Of a stretch of DNA of 33,564 nucleotides, positions 11,313 through 23,877 are shown piece by piece. A model generated the notes under the pieces. It worked only from the letters and a program-made list of their open reading frames with translations. It searched no databases and was not told where the DNA came from. Numbering within the stretch: the stretch's first letter is position 1; each line of letters opens with the position of its first letter. The stretch is from positions 1,006,666 to 1,040,229 of the forward strand of contig MU006098.1 of the NCBI GenBank assembly GCA_010093705.1, read 5' to 3'. The position numbers and the translations under genes were made by a program. Origin of the DNA: Patellaria atrata CBS 101060. Taxonomy: Eukaryota.

Positions 11313-11403
11313 CTGGTGGGTTAGTTCTTTCTGCCGAGGAGTTCTTCCCAAAAATAAAATAAAATAACCGCCTTAGATATTTTCAATCCCTCTTCCGTCC
11401 TAC
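11313..11403 (-). other. Probable 5'-UTR intron of the Pho4-like gene
   Basis: Minus strand GTAGGA donor at 11403, then ACTAAC branch followed by CCACCAG acceptor ending at 11313. Confidence 0.5.
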
Positions 11404-12479
11404 GTTTGCGATAGAGAATTCGAGAAGAATAATTGGAGTCTCGGGGGAAAAGAAAAAGAAAAGGAAAAGGAAATAATTTATGGGAAGGAAAAGGAGTAAG
11501 GTCGTTCTAACGAAAGGTAGTTCTAACGTAAGGTACCTTACTATACTTCCCTTAATACAGTATGGATATATACTACAACGTGGGAGACTTACTGTACAGT
11601 ACAATACCGTACTTTACAAAAATGACAACAGATGGATTCCGGTTCTTCCTAGGTAAGGTAAACATCATATCCCATACCTTATCCGGTCATGAATAATTGA
11701 ATACCGAGTACACGAGTGGGGGTTCGCTGCTGTGGAGGTAAAGATATTTCTGTACCTACTTATTTTATTATTATTACCTTATTATAGTCAGGACTTCCTC
11801 CCCCCCACCACTTTCGCCCCAACTTTTATATTTTTAAAGTGTCATCTTCTCATACTTTTGTACTTTTGTAACTGATCAACGAGGAGAGATGCGCCTGAGG
11901 TGGGGATGGGGAGGGGAGGGGACAATGTATGGATGGGGTAAATGACCGGAGCTGGGAATCATCACCTCATCCTCCTTCCATTCCAGTCCTATTTCTTCTT
12001 TCCTACTATCACGTGAATGTCGAAACAAACCAACTGCGGAACTGGCTCCATGCTTTGCCGCAAAAGGGTAAAAGGAACACCAGAATATCATCTTTGCACC
12101 GTTTACTCGACATCGACATAAAGCCAGGAGCAATGCTTTTCTATCGTTCAATGGAAGATGCGCTACCGAACTGAATACACACCGATTTGGATCAACACGA
12201 AAGCCTTCCTCTCCCATATGATGACCACAAGCCCTCTCTGTTACCCCCTATCTGCTCTGCATTCGTCCTTCATCCCGCTTCCTCATCTCGCCTATCTTAC
12301 AAGTCACCGGCGGTGATGGAAAGTATGGAAAAAACCCTATTTGAAGCACCCGGAGAAAGGCAAACCCAAAGTGATGTATTATGGACGTGAAATGAAAGCA
12401 TGACAGATGCCGTGATAATGAGAACGCGTCAACGCCGTACAAGACATGTGTGCTGTGGACCAAGTTGGGAGCAAAAGCG

Positions 12480-12921
12480 CTACATGATGATGCAGCAGCC
12501 GTTGGACTGTTGGGGTGCATACGGATCCTCGCGTTTGTCGATCTATAATGGTTTGCTCCAGTTAGCCTTACACCTGACACGCCAGCAGGGCTGAAGTAAT
12601 GTATAGAATGACAGGATTGCTCTCTTACATATCCCCAGCGTGCCGGAACCATCCAATCTTTGGGTTCTTTATCTGTGAAATTGATGAGGCTGTGATGTCT
12701 TCGTCAGCTGCTACCCTTCCTCCGATTGTACTGCGGAGATGGGGATGGAATCGCTTTGCGTACTCATATGCCGCCTCAGAAACAGGAATTCTTCTCCTCT
12801 CAAGATCCTCCTTCAAGCGAGAGTTGAGCTCAGTCAATCGCCTCAGTTTGAGCTCGGCCATACTTTGCTTCTTGCTCTTGCCGTCGCCCGTCGAGCGGAT
12901 TTCGTATGGAGTGGACATCAT
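12480..12921 (-). CDS. gpgA: Heterotrimeric G-protein gamma subunit (GpgA/GNG-1/Ste18 type), 93 aa; exons 12921-12764, 12689-12629, 12542-12480
   Basis: The spliced product reads MMSTPYE...KKQSMAELKLRRLTELNSRLKEDLERRRIPVSEAAYDLINFTDKEPKDWMVPARWGYIDKREDPYAPQQSNGCCIIM and ends in a CCaaX prenylation box. Both introns have GCTGAC/GCTAAC branch sites. Confidence 0.95.
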
Positions 12922-14002
12922 CTTAGCGACGGGGAGCGATCTAAGGTGAGAAGACGGGCGTGCTCGGTGGGTTTGACACGAGTGCGCTTGCCTTCACTGT
13001 ATGAATCCAGCAGCGTTACTGCCGAGTAGTGAATTGGCTTGTTGCGGACTTTGCGAGAGTGTTGAGCGTGGATGAGGTTGAAGATGCCAAAAAGGGCGAG
13101 TTGTGAACGGGTGTGGGAGGGCGCGGGTAAGATGAGTGAAGGAGCGCGGGAACTGGGAAGGCAGTAATTAATAAGCTAGGTATCTACCGTAGTCAAAAGC
13201 GAACCTGGGAAAATCGATCGCGCAGACGTTTTGCGTATATCTAGTCACGCAAGCAAAGAGTGGAATATTGAAGAGGATGATGGGGTGAAATAGAGACAAC
13301 AGTAGTGGAATACTGTTAGTGAACAAAAAGTAAAAAGTTGGTGGTTATTCCTTTTCCTCTTCTTTCCCTTCAGATGGTTGCCCCTTGCTGATTTCGGTTC
13401 CTTCCATGTCTGATGTGGTCTACCGTAACGGAAGTCACCTAACAAACGGCGGGCACGACCCAAGAACTGCCCAAGCGAACAAGGGAAACCAGATGCCCAA
13501 CCTAAACGAGTTTGAAGGATTCTCAAACAGGTTTAGAGAGTTTTGAAAATATTCTGTTTGTCCGTTTTGCATCATTTGGACTCTTTGCATATCTGTCCAT
13601 CTCCTTCACCCTCATACATTCGAAGATTCGAATACTTTACTTACTGGAAGATAAATAGTTTTCGTATCTTATGTCACGTTGAAACTGCTACCATCTTTTG
13701 TGTCCCCTACCTTAGCAGAGGACAAGTCACGTTTACAGTTCATTACCTATCTTCCATTCTGTTTGTTTCCACCACCACAAAGGGGTCGCTTAGCTCATGA
13801 GGTGGCCCGCACGCAAACATCAGAAATTGTAAATGTAGAGCCGACACTACTTTGCACCTCAGACTCACCCAAAGACATCAACATCATCCATCACGGAAAG
13901 AATCCCCTTTTCCAACGGATCGTAGAAACAACCCCCATCCCTTTCGTCGATCCATCCAAAGCCAGCCTACGCGATCGAAGCCTGTGAGGCGTGCTGCCCA
14001 TC

Positions 14003-17000
14003 ATGCCGCCGCCTCCACATACTAAGCCTGAGAACGTCCTCAAGGTACGCATCGCTCGATTAACCTCCTCTTGACATCCTGTTCAAACACAGCATTTTAA
14101 CATCTCCATCCCTCAGCGAGCCCAAGAGCTCATAGGCGTATCTCAACCTTCCGCCGCACTCTCCTTGCTCCACGAACATGTCGTCTCCAAACGGACAAGG
14201 AACAACCCAATCGCCTCCCTGGAGCCCGTTATGCTCCTTTTTGTCGACCTCTGCGTAAATCTGAGAAAAGGGAAATTAGCAAAGGATGGCCTCTACCAGT
14301 ACAAGAATACAGCTCAAAATACGAACGTAGGAACCATCGAGCTGGTCTTCAAGAAATTTATTGAGCTCGCCGAAGCAAAGGTCGCCGAAGCTCAGGCGAA
14401 GGCAGATGAAGTTCAAACCAGCATCGAGTCGACTGCAACCAATGTCGACGATCTCGAGGCTTCCGAGACTCCCGAATCTATTCTGCTCTCAACAGTGTCT
14501 GGCGAACAGTCTAAGGATCGTACCGATCGAGCCATCGTGACGCCGTGGCTAAAGTTTCTGTGGGAAACATACCGGACCGTATTGGACATCTTCAAGAACA
14601 ATGCCAGGTTGGAGGTTATGTATCAGACAACTGCCCATCAAGCATTCCAGTTCTGCTCCAAATATGCCCGTAAGACCGAATTCCGCCGCCTGTGTGAGCT
14701 TCTGAGAAACCATCTTCAAAATGCTGCAAAGTTCTCTTCTCAGATGCACGCCATCAACCTCAACGACCCTGATACTCTCCAGAGACATCTCGATACCCGG
14801 TTCCAACAGTTGAACGTCGCGGTCGAGCTGGAGCTCTGGCAAGAAGCCTTCCGCAGCGTAGAAGACATCCACACCCTCCTCAGCCTAAGCAAGCGTCCAG
14901 CGAAGAATATCATGATGGCTAACTACTTTGAGAAGCTCACTCGCATTTTCCTCGTGAGCGAGAACTATCTATTCCACGCCGCGGCTTGGAGCCGCTACTA
15001 CAACTTGATGCGTCAATCCGCTGCTGCGGTGGCTTCAGGTCAAAGCCCGAAGAAAGACAATCCCGCGGTCACCGAGGCGGATATGACCAAGTGTGCATCA
15101 TTCGTCCTTCTCTCTGCACTTGCAATTCCAGTCATAAGTACGTCTAGATCTCGCGGAGCTCTTGTTGATGTGGACGAGGCACGGAAGAACAAGAATGTGC
15201 GTCTCACGAACCTTCTTGGCATGTCTCAAGCTCCCACTCGTGCCATTCTATTCAAAGATGCCCTCAGCAAGGGCCTCCTCAAGCGATGCGCCCCCGCCAT
15301 TAGAGAGCTCTACACCATCCTCGAGGTTGACTTCCACCCCCTATCCATCTGCAAGAAGATCTCCCCCATTCTTTCCCAGATCGGTGCGGATGCAGAAATG
15401 CAGAAGTACGTCCAGCCTCTGCAACAGGTCATTCTCACTCGACTCTTTCAGCAACTATCCCAAGTCTACGAGTCCGTTGAGCTCCAGTTTGTTCTCGATC
15501 TAGCTCAATTTCCGGAACCTTTCCAGGTCGGCAGTAGCACCATTGAAAAATTCATCATGAATGGTTGCAAAAAGGGTGATCTGGCAATCCGCGTAGACCA
15601 CGCTACTGGGGTTCTTACCTTCGATTCCGATGTCTTTTCATCCGCAAAGGCTCTTCATCCTGGCTCAGGTGCTGGCTCAGCTGAGGGAGACTCCAGCTCT
15701 GTCCAAAGACTACAGAGCACACCGGCAGAGATTGTCCGTTCACAGCTCGTACGCTTGGCCAAATCGCTCTATGTTACTTGTCAATACGTCGATCCCTCGT
15801 TTAACCGAGAGCGTGAAAAGCAGAAGGCAGCAGCTCTCTCTCGAGCAAAGGCTGGCGCTGAGAAGGAGCATCAAGATACTCTTGCACGACGTGAAATCAT
15901 CGACAAGAAGAAACAAGCTGCATCGAGCGCCCTAGCGCTGAAAGAGAAGGAAGAGCAGACCCGCAAGCGAATCCGTGCCCAACAGCTCCAGGAAGCAGAG
16001 GTTCAGCGGCTCGCCATCGAACAACGTGAACGTGAGCAGAAGCGTCTCGAGGCGGAAAAGGCTCGTGTGCAACGCGAGGAAATCGAGAAACAACTCAAGG
16101 AGCTCAAGCAGGGCGTCAAGCATGTCGATATCGACGATCTAGACCCATCCGAGCTTGATTCTGGTCGCATCCGTGCGCTTAAGCTGGCGGCTCTTGAGCG
16201 GGAGAAGAATGAGTTGGCTGAACGTACCCGCATCACGTACAAGCGGATCGATCACCTTGAGCGAGCCATGCGCAGAGAGGAACTTAAACTTCTGCCGCAG
16301 GACTATGCGGCGCAACGTGAACGCGATCTGAAAGCTTACGAGGAAGCAAAGGCACATACGCTCAGGGAAGCAGAAGAGAAGCACAAAGAAGAAGTCGCCC
16401 TTAAGCATCGTCTCGGCCGCTTAGTCAGCATCTATGAGAGTTTCCGTGAAAATGTCCAGAACTCGCGCCGAGCCGAGTTTGACAAGCGGAGACGGGCCGC
16501 AGAGAAGGAATTGCAGCAGAAGATGGACGCCCGCAAAAAGGAAGTTCTCGCTCAACGCCGCGCAGAACGTCTCGCGATGGAGGCTGCCGAGCGCAAGGCT
16601 CAGGAAGAGGAAGAGCGCGTAGTTCGGGAAACGGAAGAGAAAGAACGTGCTGAACAAGAGCGTCGGGAACGGATGGCAGAAGAAAAGGCGCGCCGCGAGG
16701 AAGAACGCAAGAAACTTGACGAGATCGCAGCAAAACAACGCCAACGCGAGGAGGAAGCTGAAGCTAGACGGGCCGCTGCTAAATCTGGTGCGAATCGCGT
16801 CCCCGAGCGCTTAATCCCTGATCGTACCGCACGGGACGCTCCGCTTGCTTCATCTCGTGAGGCCGCCGGTGGTCCGCCTCGCCTTAACCTCAGCCGTGCC
16901 GACGGTTCTAAGCCCTCCTGGCGTGAGCGCGAGGCCATGAAGTCCTCGGGACAAACGCCTGCAGCTGCCGCCCCCACACCGGGACCCAGTAGATCTCCTG

Positions 17001-17275
17001 CCCCACCTGCGACATCAGGCACTCCTGAACCGGCCGCCGAGCCGAAACGCACTGGTGGCTATGTCCCACCAGCATTACGGGGACGTCAAGGGGATGAGGG
17101 GCCTAGGTGGAGGGAGAGAGAGGGAAGTGGACGTGGGGAGGGCCCGCCAAGGAGAGAATTCCCGAGGGAGAATAGGGATAGGGATCGTACTGCCAGTCCG
17201 GCCCAGCTGCCAGCTGCACCGGAGGGCGGCAAGTACAGGCCAGGTGCTTTTAGGAAGACGAGAGAGGGGCAGTAG
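14003..17275 (+). CDS. TIF32: Translation initiation factor eIF3 subunit A (~1066 aa); exons 14003-14044, 14117-17275
   Basis: N-terminus [20 protein letters not shown]. Motifs [29 protein letters not shown] and [16 protein letters not shown], a PCI region, a long E/R/K coiled coil and a YVPPALR-type tail. Intron 14045-14116 reads GTACGC...CAG. Confidence 0.96.
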
Positions 17276-18251
17276 ATAGCGTTCTACGAAATACCCGGGG
17301 AGTGGAGTGTTGGGGACGAGTAAACAGCGAGTCATTGTTGAAAAGGGGAAGTGACTAAGTATGCATGGTCGGCTAAGTAAGATAGCAGAAGATATCAGTG
17401 CAGTGCTTTCCTTAATTTGTCTATCAAGCTATGGATTACAGGACGTTCGGATTTCTTCAGAGTAACCGAATGTTGACTCAGTTTGTCCAATGTCCGATAT
17501 GGTTCCATTGTGCTTTTCTCCAATTGATTCTACGATGGTTTGTGTTGAAGTCCCATGGGTATGATTTCAGGTTATCGCTTGTTTTAAGAGTGCTCAGTTG
17601 CGATGATATCGTTGAGCTTCGATTTAGAAATAAATAAGTCTCCTACATGCCCATGCGTTATACTCAATTCCATAGAAAGAGTAGACCACGTGTATTCCGT
17701 TTGCTATTTTACTAAAAGAGATCGAATGAGCTATAAGTTGTGCTCATGACTTCTTATGTACCAACCGCCCGTGCGTGAGATCATTGAATCCGGCTTTGCA
17801 TGGAAGACTAAAGAGTAAAGGAGCCACGAATTAGTTGGTGGTAGGGAGAATTGAAGGGCCCATATTTTTGTATTCATTGTGTACGTTAGGTGTCCTAAAG
17901 AGAGCGTGGAGACTCATCCAACATCATAGAAGTATGCTGGCAACAGAGCATACTTACTGGGAGTAAGAGGGGAAATCTGGTCTACTGAACTACAGACAAC
18001 TGCATACCCGATCCCCTAGAGGAAATAAGAATCAATAAAAGGCGACAAAGATATTTGGTACCTAAGGCCAGGACCCGAATACTATCGAACGCATAGGAGA
18101 AACCAATATAAAGTTTCCACCCGGGTTACACATATCAAGTATATATTCCCCTGGGTCATCACAGCTTGATCGATCCAACTGAAAGGACAATAACTTCTCA
18201 CCCATGAAAGGTAGAGCAGATATGACCTTCCATCAGCACCTCAAATTCCTA

Positions 18252-20427
18252 CTATAAAAGCTTCCCCCACCCAAATTCCATTCCTTGGCCTTTGTCCTTG
18301 CCCCAGAACTCCCAAGCCTTCTCGAAGGCACCCTCCCGCTGCTTTTCAGCAAACAGCTTTCTTACCACTTCCCCCCTCGCTTCTTTCCTCAATTTCAGAT
18401 CAAAGAGAAGGGGAGGGGTTTTGCGATGAGGAAGGCGGAAAAGTTCAGGGTTGGGTCGTTAACGGGACAGGTCGCCTGCCGCAACGTCTTTAGCAGAGTA
18501 CTGACATAGTTGGGGCTAGGACTAAACTGGGGGAAGGAATCGGAGTAGGTCAGATTTTGAAACGGGTCAACAGTTTTCGCATTATCGTGACCATCAGCTT
18601 CCTCTTCAAAGTCTGGACCAGTATGCGTGTCCGGGATCCCGGTGCCTGACTCAACATCGACGCCGAGCACACCCGGAAACAGACCATTGTTGTTATCGTT
18701 ATTGATGGCATTGCCGACTCTATCGCTAACTCCCGAATTTTTCTTCGCGAATGAGAAAAGCCAAGCGAGTGACCCGATGGAGACTAATAGATCCGCTTCG
18801 GTAACTGTTTGGCCCTGACAAGTTCGCTTGCCGTACCCAAACTGGGTGCAGTTGAGGATAGTAGGGAATTGGGTTAGCGGGCCACGGTAGGTAGGATATT
18901 CGGGCAGGAGCCACCGGAGGGGGTTGAAAGTTTCGGGATCGGGGAAGAGTGTTGGGTCGCGGGAAATGGACCTACAGGCGGAAATTAGTTGCCGTTGAAG
19001 CGATTTGAAGGATATGTGTTGAGCGTTAGGAGTGATGGCAAGTACGAAGGCGGTCGCTTACCACTCAAGAGGATGAACGACGCTGCCGGAAGGTATATGG
19101 TAGCCGTTACATTCGTCGTCTTCGGTTAGATAATGCGGGATGCCTGTGATATTTCAAAATCAGCACTCCGAGCGAAACACTAATAATGTGAAAGGACTCA
19201 CCAGAAGGGACGGGAGGCCGCCAGCGAAAGACCTCTCTGATCATGGCCCTCAAAGCAGGCAAACTTGGCTTGTCCGACTGTCGTGGAGGGCGATCTCCGC
19301 AGACTCTATCAAATTCCTCCTGGATCAGAGCTTGATATTATGGAAAATGGCACATGGCAAGACAGAATGTCTGGATCGGGGCAGCAATCGTAAGAGCACC
19401 GGCAATTCCATGCATACCGACAGCATAAGCACCTTCGAGATCGTACTGAAATTCCCAAGAATGACGTCGGTCAAGGAAAAGAGACATCCAAGAAAAGTTC
19501 GAGGATCTGTTTCTCTTGACATCGGTTTCAACTTGAACTTGCATGATTCGAAAGAATTCTCGCTCCGTCCTAGCACGTCTTCGTTCGGAAGCTTATTTCC
19601 GAGATGCCCTCTCAGTGAGACGCTGATGAGAAGTTCTCTGGCCCGTTGTTTGAGCTCATCACTCGCTCCAGCATGGCCCCACGCGAGCCTACAAGTAACT
19701 CTGGCAATAAAGGATTCAAGAGTGTGGTTGTATTGTGACGGATCGTCCATCAACTCTACAAGCATACGAAGAGCCTCTAATTCTGGATATTCGTGGAATC
19801 TCACCTTCTTGGAGCCCGCATGATATGACTAGCGAACTTACGTTGCCGAGTCCAACCATCTTTAGCAGTTCACTCGTTTGTATGCGTCGAGAATTGGGTT
19901 GACTCACTATTCTTGCTCAACAAAGGGAGATACTGAGCACTGGTTCGGTTATCCGCTATCAAGGCAGGTATATGAGGTCTGTCGGAGTATATCCCGCCTC
20001 CTTTGATAACAAGTCTATCGCAATATCGTCTGTGGTTATCCACACATGATTGATACCAGCAAGATTGACGCGATATATTGGGCCATACTTCTGACCCCAT
20101 TTAGCAAACTTCAACCAACTGCGATTTCTAGGCACTTCATAGACCGATCCAATGATTGGGATACCTGTAAAACATGAGCATTGTCCGTATTTAAGGCCTG
20201 TTCTTCCCATTGAAGGTATATTGACCTTTCGGTCCTGGGAGACGCTTCAGACTTCCAGATCGAAACGCAGAAGCTCTTCTCAAAAGTACATTTCTCAAAG
20301 CGACAATACAAAATATAATATGGAAAGAAGCGATGACCAGAGAGACATGACTCCAATACAGATCTGTATGGACTATTGAGACTTTGGGTCTGTATAGGAA
20401 ATTAGAAACTACAAGGGTTGTTGGCGT
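18252..20427 (-). pseudogene. Disrupted cytochrome P450 gene (unprocessed pseudogene, 4 introns retained)
   Basis: Collinear P450 motifs: hydrophobic anchor + LPGPK|GIPIIGS, KYGPIY, IYSDRP, I-helix AVGMHGIAGALT, K-helix [24 protein letters not shown] and heme loop FGYGKRTCQG (18812-18841). Introns 20165-20225, 19860-19907, 19144-19201, 18972-19061. Lesions: no in-frame ATG, frameshifts near 19997, 19815, 19586 and 18405, in-frame TAA at 19338-19340. The ends are approximate. Confidence 0.88.
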
Positions 20428-22669
20428 ATGGTGTGATAAGTTATATCAACCAAGGATATACCATACGATAAAAGAATCCACTCATTTTGTCTATAAGACA
20501 TATCTATGAACCTGGGGAGCTTACCATTAGTTGCCATCATCCTTGACTTGTAAAACAAAGTTGGATCTAGACAGTGCATCACGCTCTACTTGGGTTTACC
20601 CAAGTGTGTACACAGGATGGCCAAGAAAAGCAATGATTCAATACTCAAGTATGTTCGCCTAACGATCTGACATCGTGAGCGAGGGTAACTTTCATCGCGA
20701 CGAATACTGACTGGGAGTATTTGAGCAGTTTCCTGAACCTTTACATCCCACCATTCGGAATCCGTGTAACGACTGTAAAGAGTAAGGTGTGATAATATCT
20801 TGTTGAATACATGCAAGGTAACACATCCAAGGTTTTGGATGATGATCGTTAAATATACGAACAAAAGTGAGAATGACTATGCAGAATAGCGAGAAATCCG
20901 TGACCCGGGCTCAACAGTATTTACACGTATGAGAGACCCAATGTTCCGATCTCACTGAACACATGTGTCCTGCGTACTATTATTCGCATTTTCGACGTTC
21001 CGGAGCGGTGAACAATAGCCCTTGCATGACTGACGATAGAAGTGGTTCACGAGATTTGGGCGTTGATGAGAAAGTTAAGAGTCACCATACCTGCATAATT
21101 CGCAGCTAGCCGATATGCATGCAGCACCTAAGGAAGATTGAAGACCGTTAAGAGGTCAACTGTGTGTGTTTCTAGATTTCAAAACTGAAAACTTATATCC
21201 GATTACGAGGACGCAATTAGCGCGCCTAGATGCTGTCCCAGACTTCGCCTATGCTTTGAATCTAGGTTCCACGATGAGTGAATAGGCTGAATTGGTATAT
21301 TTCTCTTAGAAGGCTGTCGAGTAAGGCTCTACTGTGCGTACCTAGACTTGATGGACTCTGATAGCAACCTAGCCAGTATTAAGTGCTGGTATGCTGTTTG
21401 AGGGTTATGAGGAGCAAAGAGATGGTGGAGGACGGATAATGCGGGTCTGATGTATATATAGCAAATTAAGTTACTGTATAGTCCACCTTAAAAGGGACCT
21501 ATACTACCTTTGACATCGGGGGTGTGCATAGATATTGGAAGATTGGTATCTGCTCATAAACCCACTACTGCCTACTCATAAATGAGCCTACTGCGTATCA
21601 GATAGTCCATGATATTGGAGATAGAAATTTACTAACATGCCATGGCCGGGTTTATCAACTCCCTGAAGATCTTCCGATCTTTGGGTTGGACTCGACGGTG
21701 AAAGTCGCTGCAAGTAACACAAAACTGCGAGGTGCACCTTTTTCTCTCGAACGAAGAACTCGAGCAAGAGAAATGGTCTGTACATTTTCAAGGTTGTAGA
21801 GCAGAGTACACCCTGAGAAGTAGTAAGTGCGTACTCTTCGTAATAACCCCCAGAAGGTTACAATGACTGTATGACTGAGACAGTAGTGCGAGCAGTAGCA
21901 CTTTGCTCGTACAATAGTTCGGTAAGAGGTAAGCATCACTTCGTAGCATCCTAACGTCACATCCTGTCTTCCTCTACATTGCTCTTTTGCATACTTGAAG
22001 TCTTGATGATATACCAGCTCACCCCTACGAGGCGAGGCCCCTTACATAGTGGAAGCAAAGTAGAACACGGAAGATGAACAGCAAAACTCTACACCGTTGA
22101 TTCATCTGTATAGTGGTGGTCTGCATCTAAGGTCCTAGATTTCCGAACAACATTTGATACTCGTTTACTGTCAACGTGTGGCAAGAAGTCGCGCTGCAAT
22201 GACTGAAAAATCAAACCACATAGAACACTGTTTCTTTGAACCCTTGTTATTCTGGAAAGAATGCGAGATCTCATTGACCTTGTATTCCTAGTAATAGAGG
22301 TGATGAAGGGAGTATTGGATTGATATCGATCGGGATCTTACTGGAGCGATAGAACTGCGGTGAATCAAAATACAAATAACAACCTATTGTCTGCGCTGCG
22401 AGCTGGAATGGAGGCGAATTAGGTACAAAGTACGGTGAATAATCGTTCGGTCAAAACATAACAGATATGTCCGTAGTATCTCATTATTATTAGTATTACT
22501 TTATAGGGGTGAGTTTTGGTCAGGTGAACAATTTACCACCTCAAACCCCAAAACGGTCTAGTCTCACGTCCGCTTGGCAACCTCGAATCTGATGCCGACG
22601 ACAGACTTGCGCAGCTCATAAATTCTTGTCCTTTTATTTATCATCAGCAATTGCATCTCCTCTGTCGTC

Positions 22670-23568
22670 ATGAGCTCCCTTCGTGTCGCTCGCGCAGCAT
22701 TGAAGCTGCGTCCCTCTGTTTTGCGTGCCCCGTTACAGCGGAGAGGCTACGCTGAGGTCGCCTCGGACAAAATCCAACTTTCTTTGGTCCTCCCTCATCA
22801 GGTATGCATGCTTCTCAATTGACCTTTGAATTTGTCGAAGGACCTCTATTCTATAGTCATTCAATGCCAGTCATACACCCAACTCTTTGATGATAAACTG
22901 ACGGATTTTGGGACATTGTAGAGTATCTATAAATCGCAGGACGTGTATGATCCTCCCTCCATTATCCCCCTCGATTACCTATCGCCGAACATAGATCATA
23001 CGGACTAATATTTCCTGTAGAGTCCAAGTGAATATCCCGGCGGAATCTGGTGAAATGGGTGTTCTCGCCAATCACGTTCCATCCATCGAACAGCTCAAGC
23101 CCGGTCTGGTGGAGATCATCGAGGAGGGTGGTGGGAGCAAGCAATTCTTCCGTACGTCTGCATACCTTCCAAGTACCTACTTTACGAATTTGGCCTTCAA
23201 CCCATATAACCGTGGATTTCTTGTTGACGAGATCTTTTAAATAGTATCTGGCGGTTTCGCAACCGTCCAACCGGGATCGCTTTTGAGCATCAACGCCGTT
23301 GAAGGTTATCCCATCGAGGATTTCAGCGCCGAGGTAATCACCGCTTGTAATGTTATTCAAACTTTCCTAACATTTTTTTCAGGCCATTAAAAATCAAATT
23401 GCAGAGGCTCAGAAAGTCGCAAGTGGAGGGGGAAGTGAGCAGGATATTGCAGAGGCAAAGATAGAGCTCGAGGTAGGAACATCATATTTATTGATAGCGG
23501 TCAAATATGTAACTCTGACTAATTTGAGCCTACAGGTGCTGGAGAGCCTTCAAGCCGTCGTGAAATAG
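22670..23568 (+). CDS. ATP16: Mitochondrial F1 ATP synthase delta subunit, 165 aa; exons 22670-22801, 22922-22944, 23021-23151, 23245-23333, 23383-23472, 23536-23568
   Basis: Arg-rich presequence ending QRRGYAE. Motifs VVQVNIPAESGEMGVLANHVPSIEQLKPG, FFLSGGFATVQPGS and IAEAKIELEVLESLQ. Five canonical introns keep the frame. Confidence 0.96.
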
Positions 23569-23877
23569 GTTTGTACACAGAGCAGACGATTTTCTCGAGC
23601 TTGTACAGTAGAGACCAATAAATCTTCTTTCGCACATCTGCGTGTCGAGATTTGTAATACATATGGTTCTGAATCCTCATTATACAGTTGCGCTTTCTCC
23701 ACTACCATTGACCGTTATTGTACTTGGGAAGGGTGCTCTTTCTCGTTACATGTACACTCCTTATCACCCGTACCTCCATCTCTCACATCTTGCATAATCA
23801 TCTCATTAGACCTGTACCACTCAGTAATATCTTATTCTTTTCTATACGTGAAGTTCCCATCAGCTAGAGCTCCTGCA

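Noticed and set aside
12010..12015. CACGTG E-box upstream of the Pho4-like gene (autoregulation?); also at 1324, 17687 and 29621
   Set aside because: These are isolated 6-mers, no more frequent than chance in 33.5 kb, and not clustered.
14413..17335. Many antisense and alternative-frame ORFs within eIF3a (likewise within SMC1, the Pho4-like gene and GPC1)
   Set aside because: Expected by-products of codon bias in long coding sequences.
19140..19823. 227-aa plus-strand ORF
   Set aside because: It is the antisense shadow of the P450 pseudogene exons and has no recognisable motif.
18252..20427. RIP as the cause of the P450 decay
   Set aside because: Only one lesion fits C-to-T at CpA. Most are indels, the region is not visibly AT-enriched, and no duplicate exists in the window.
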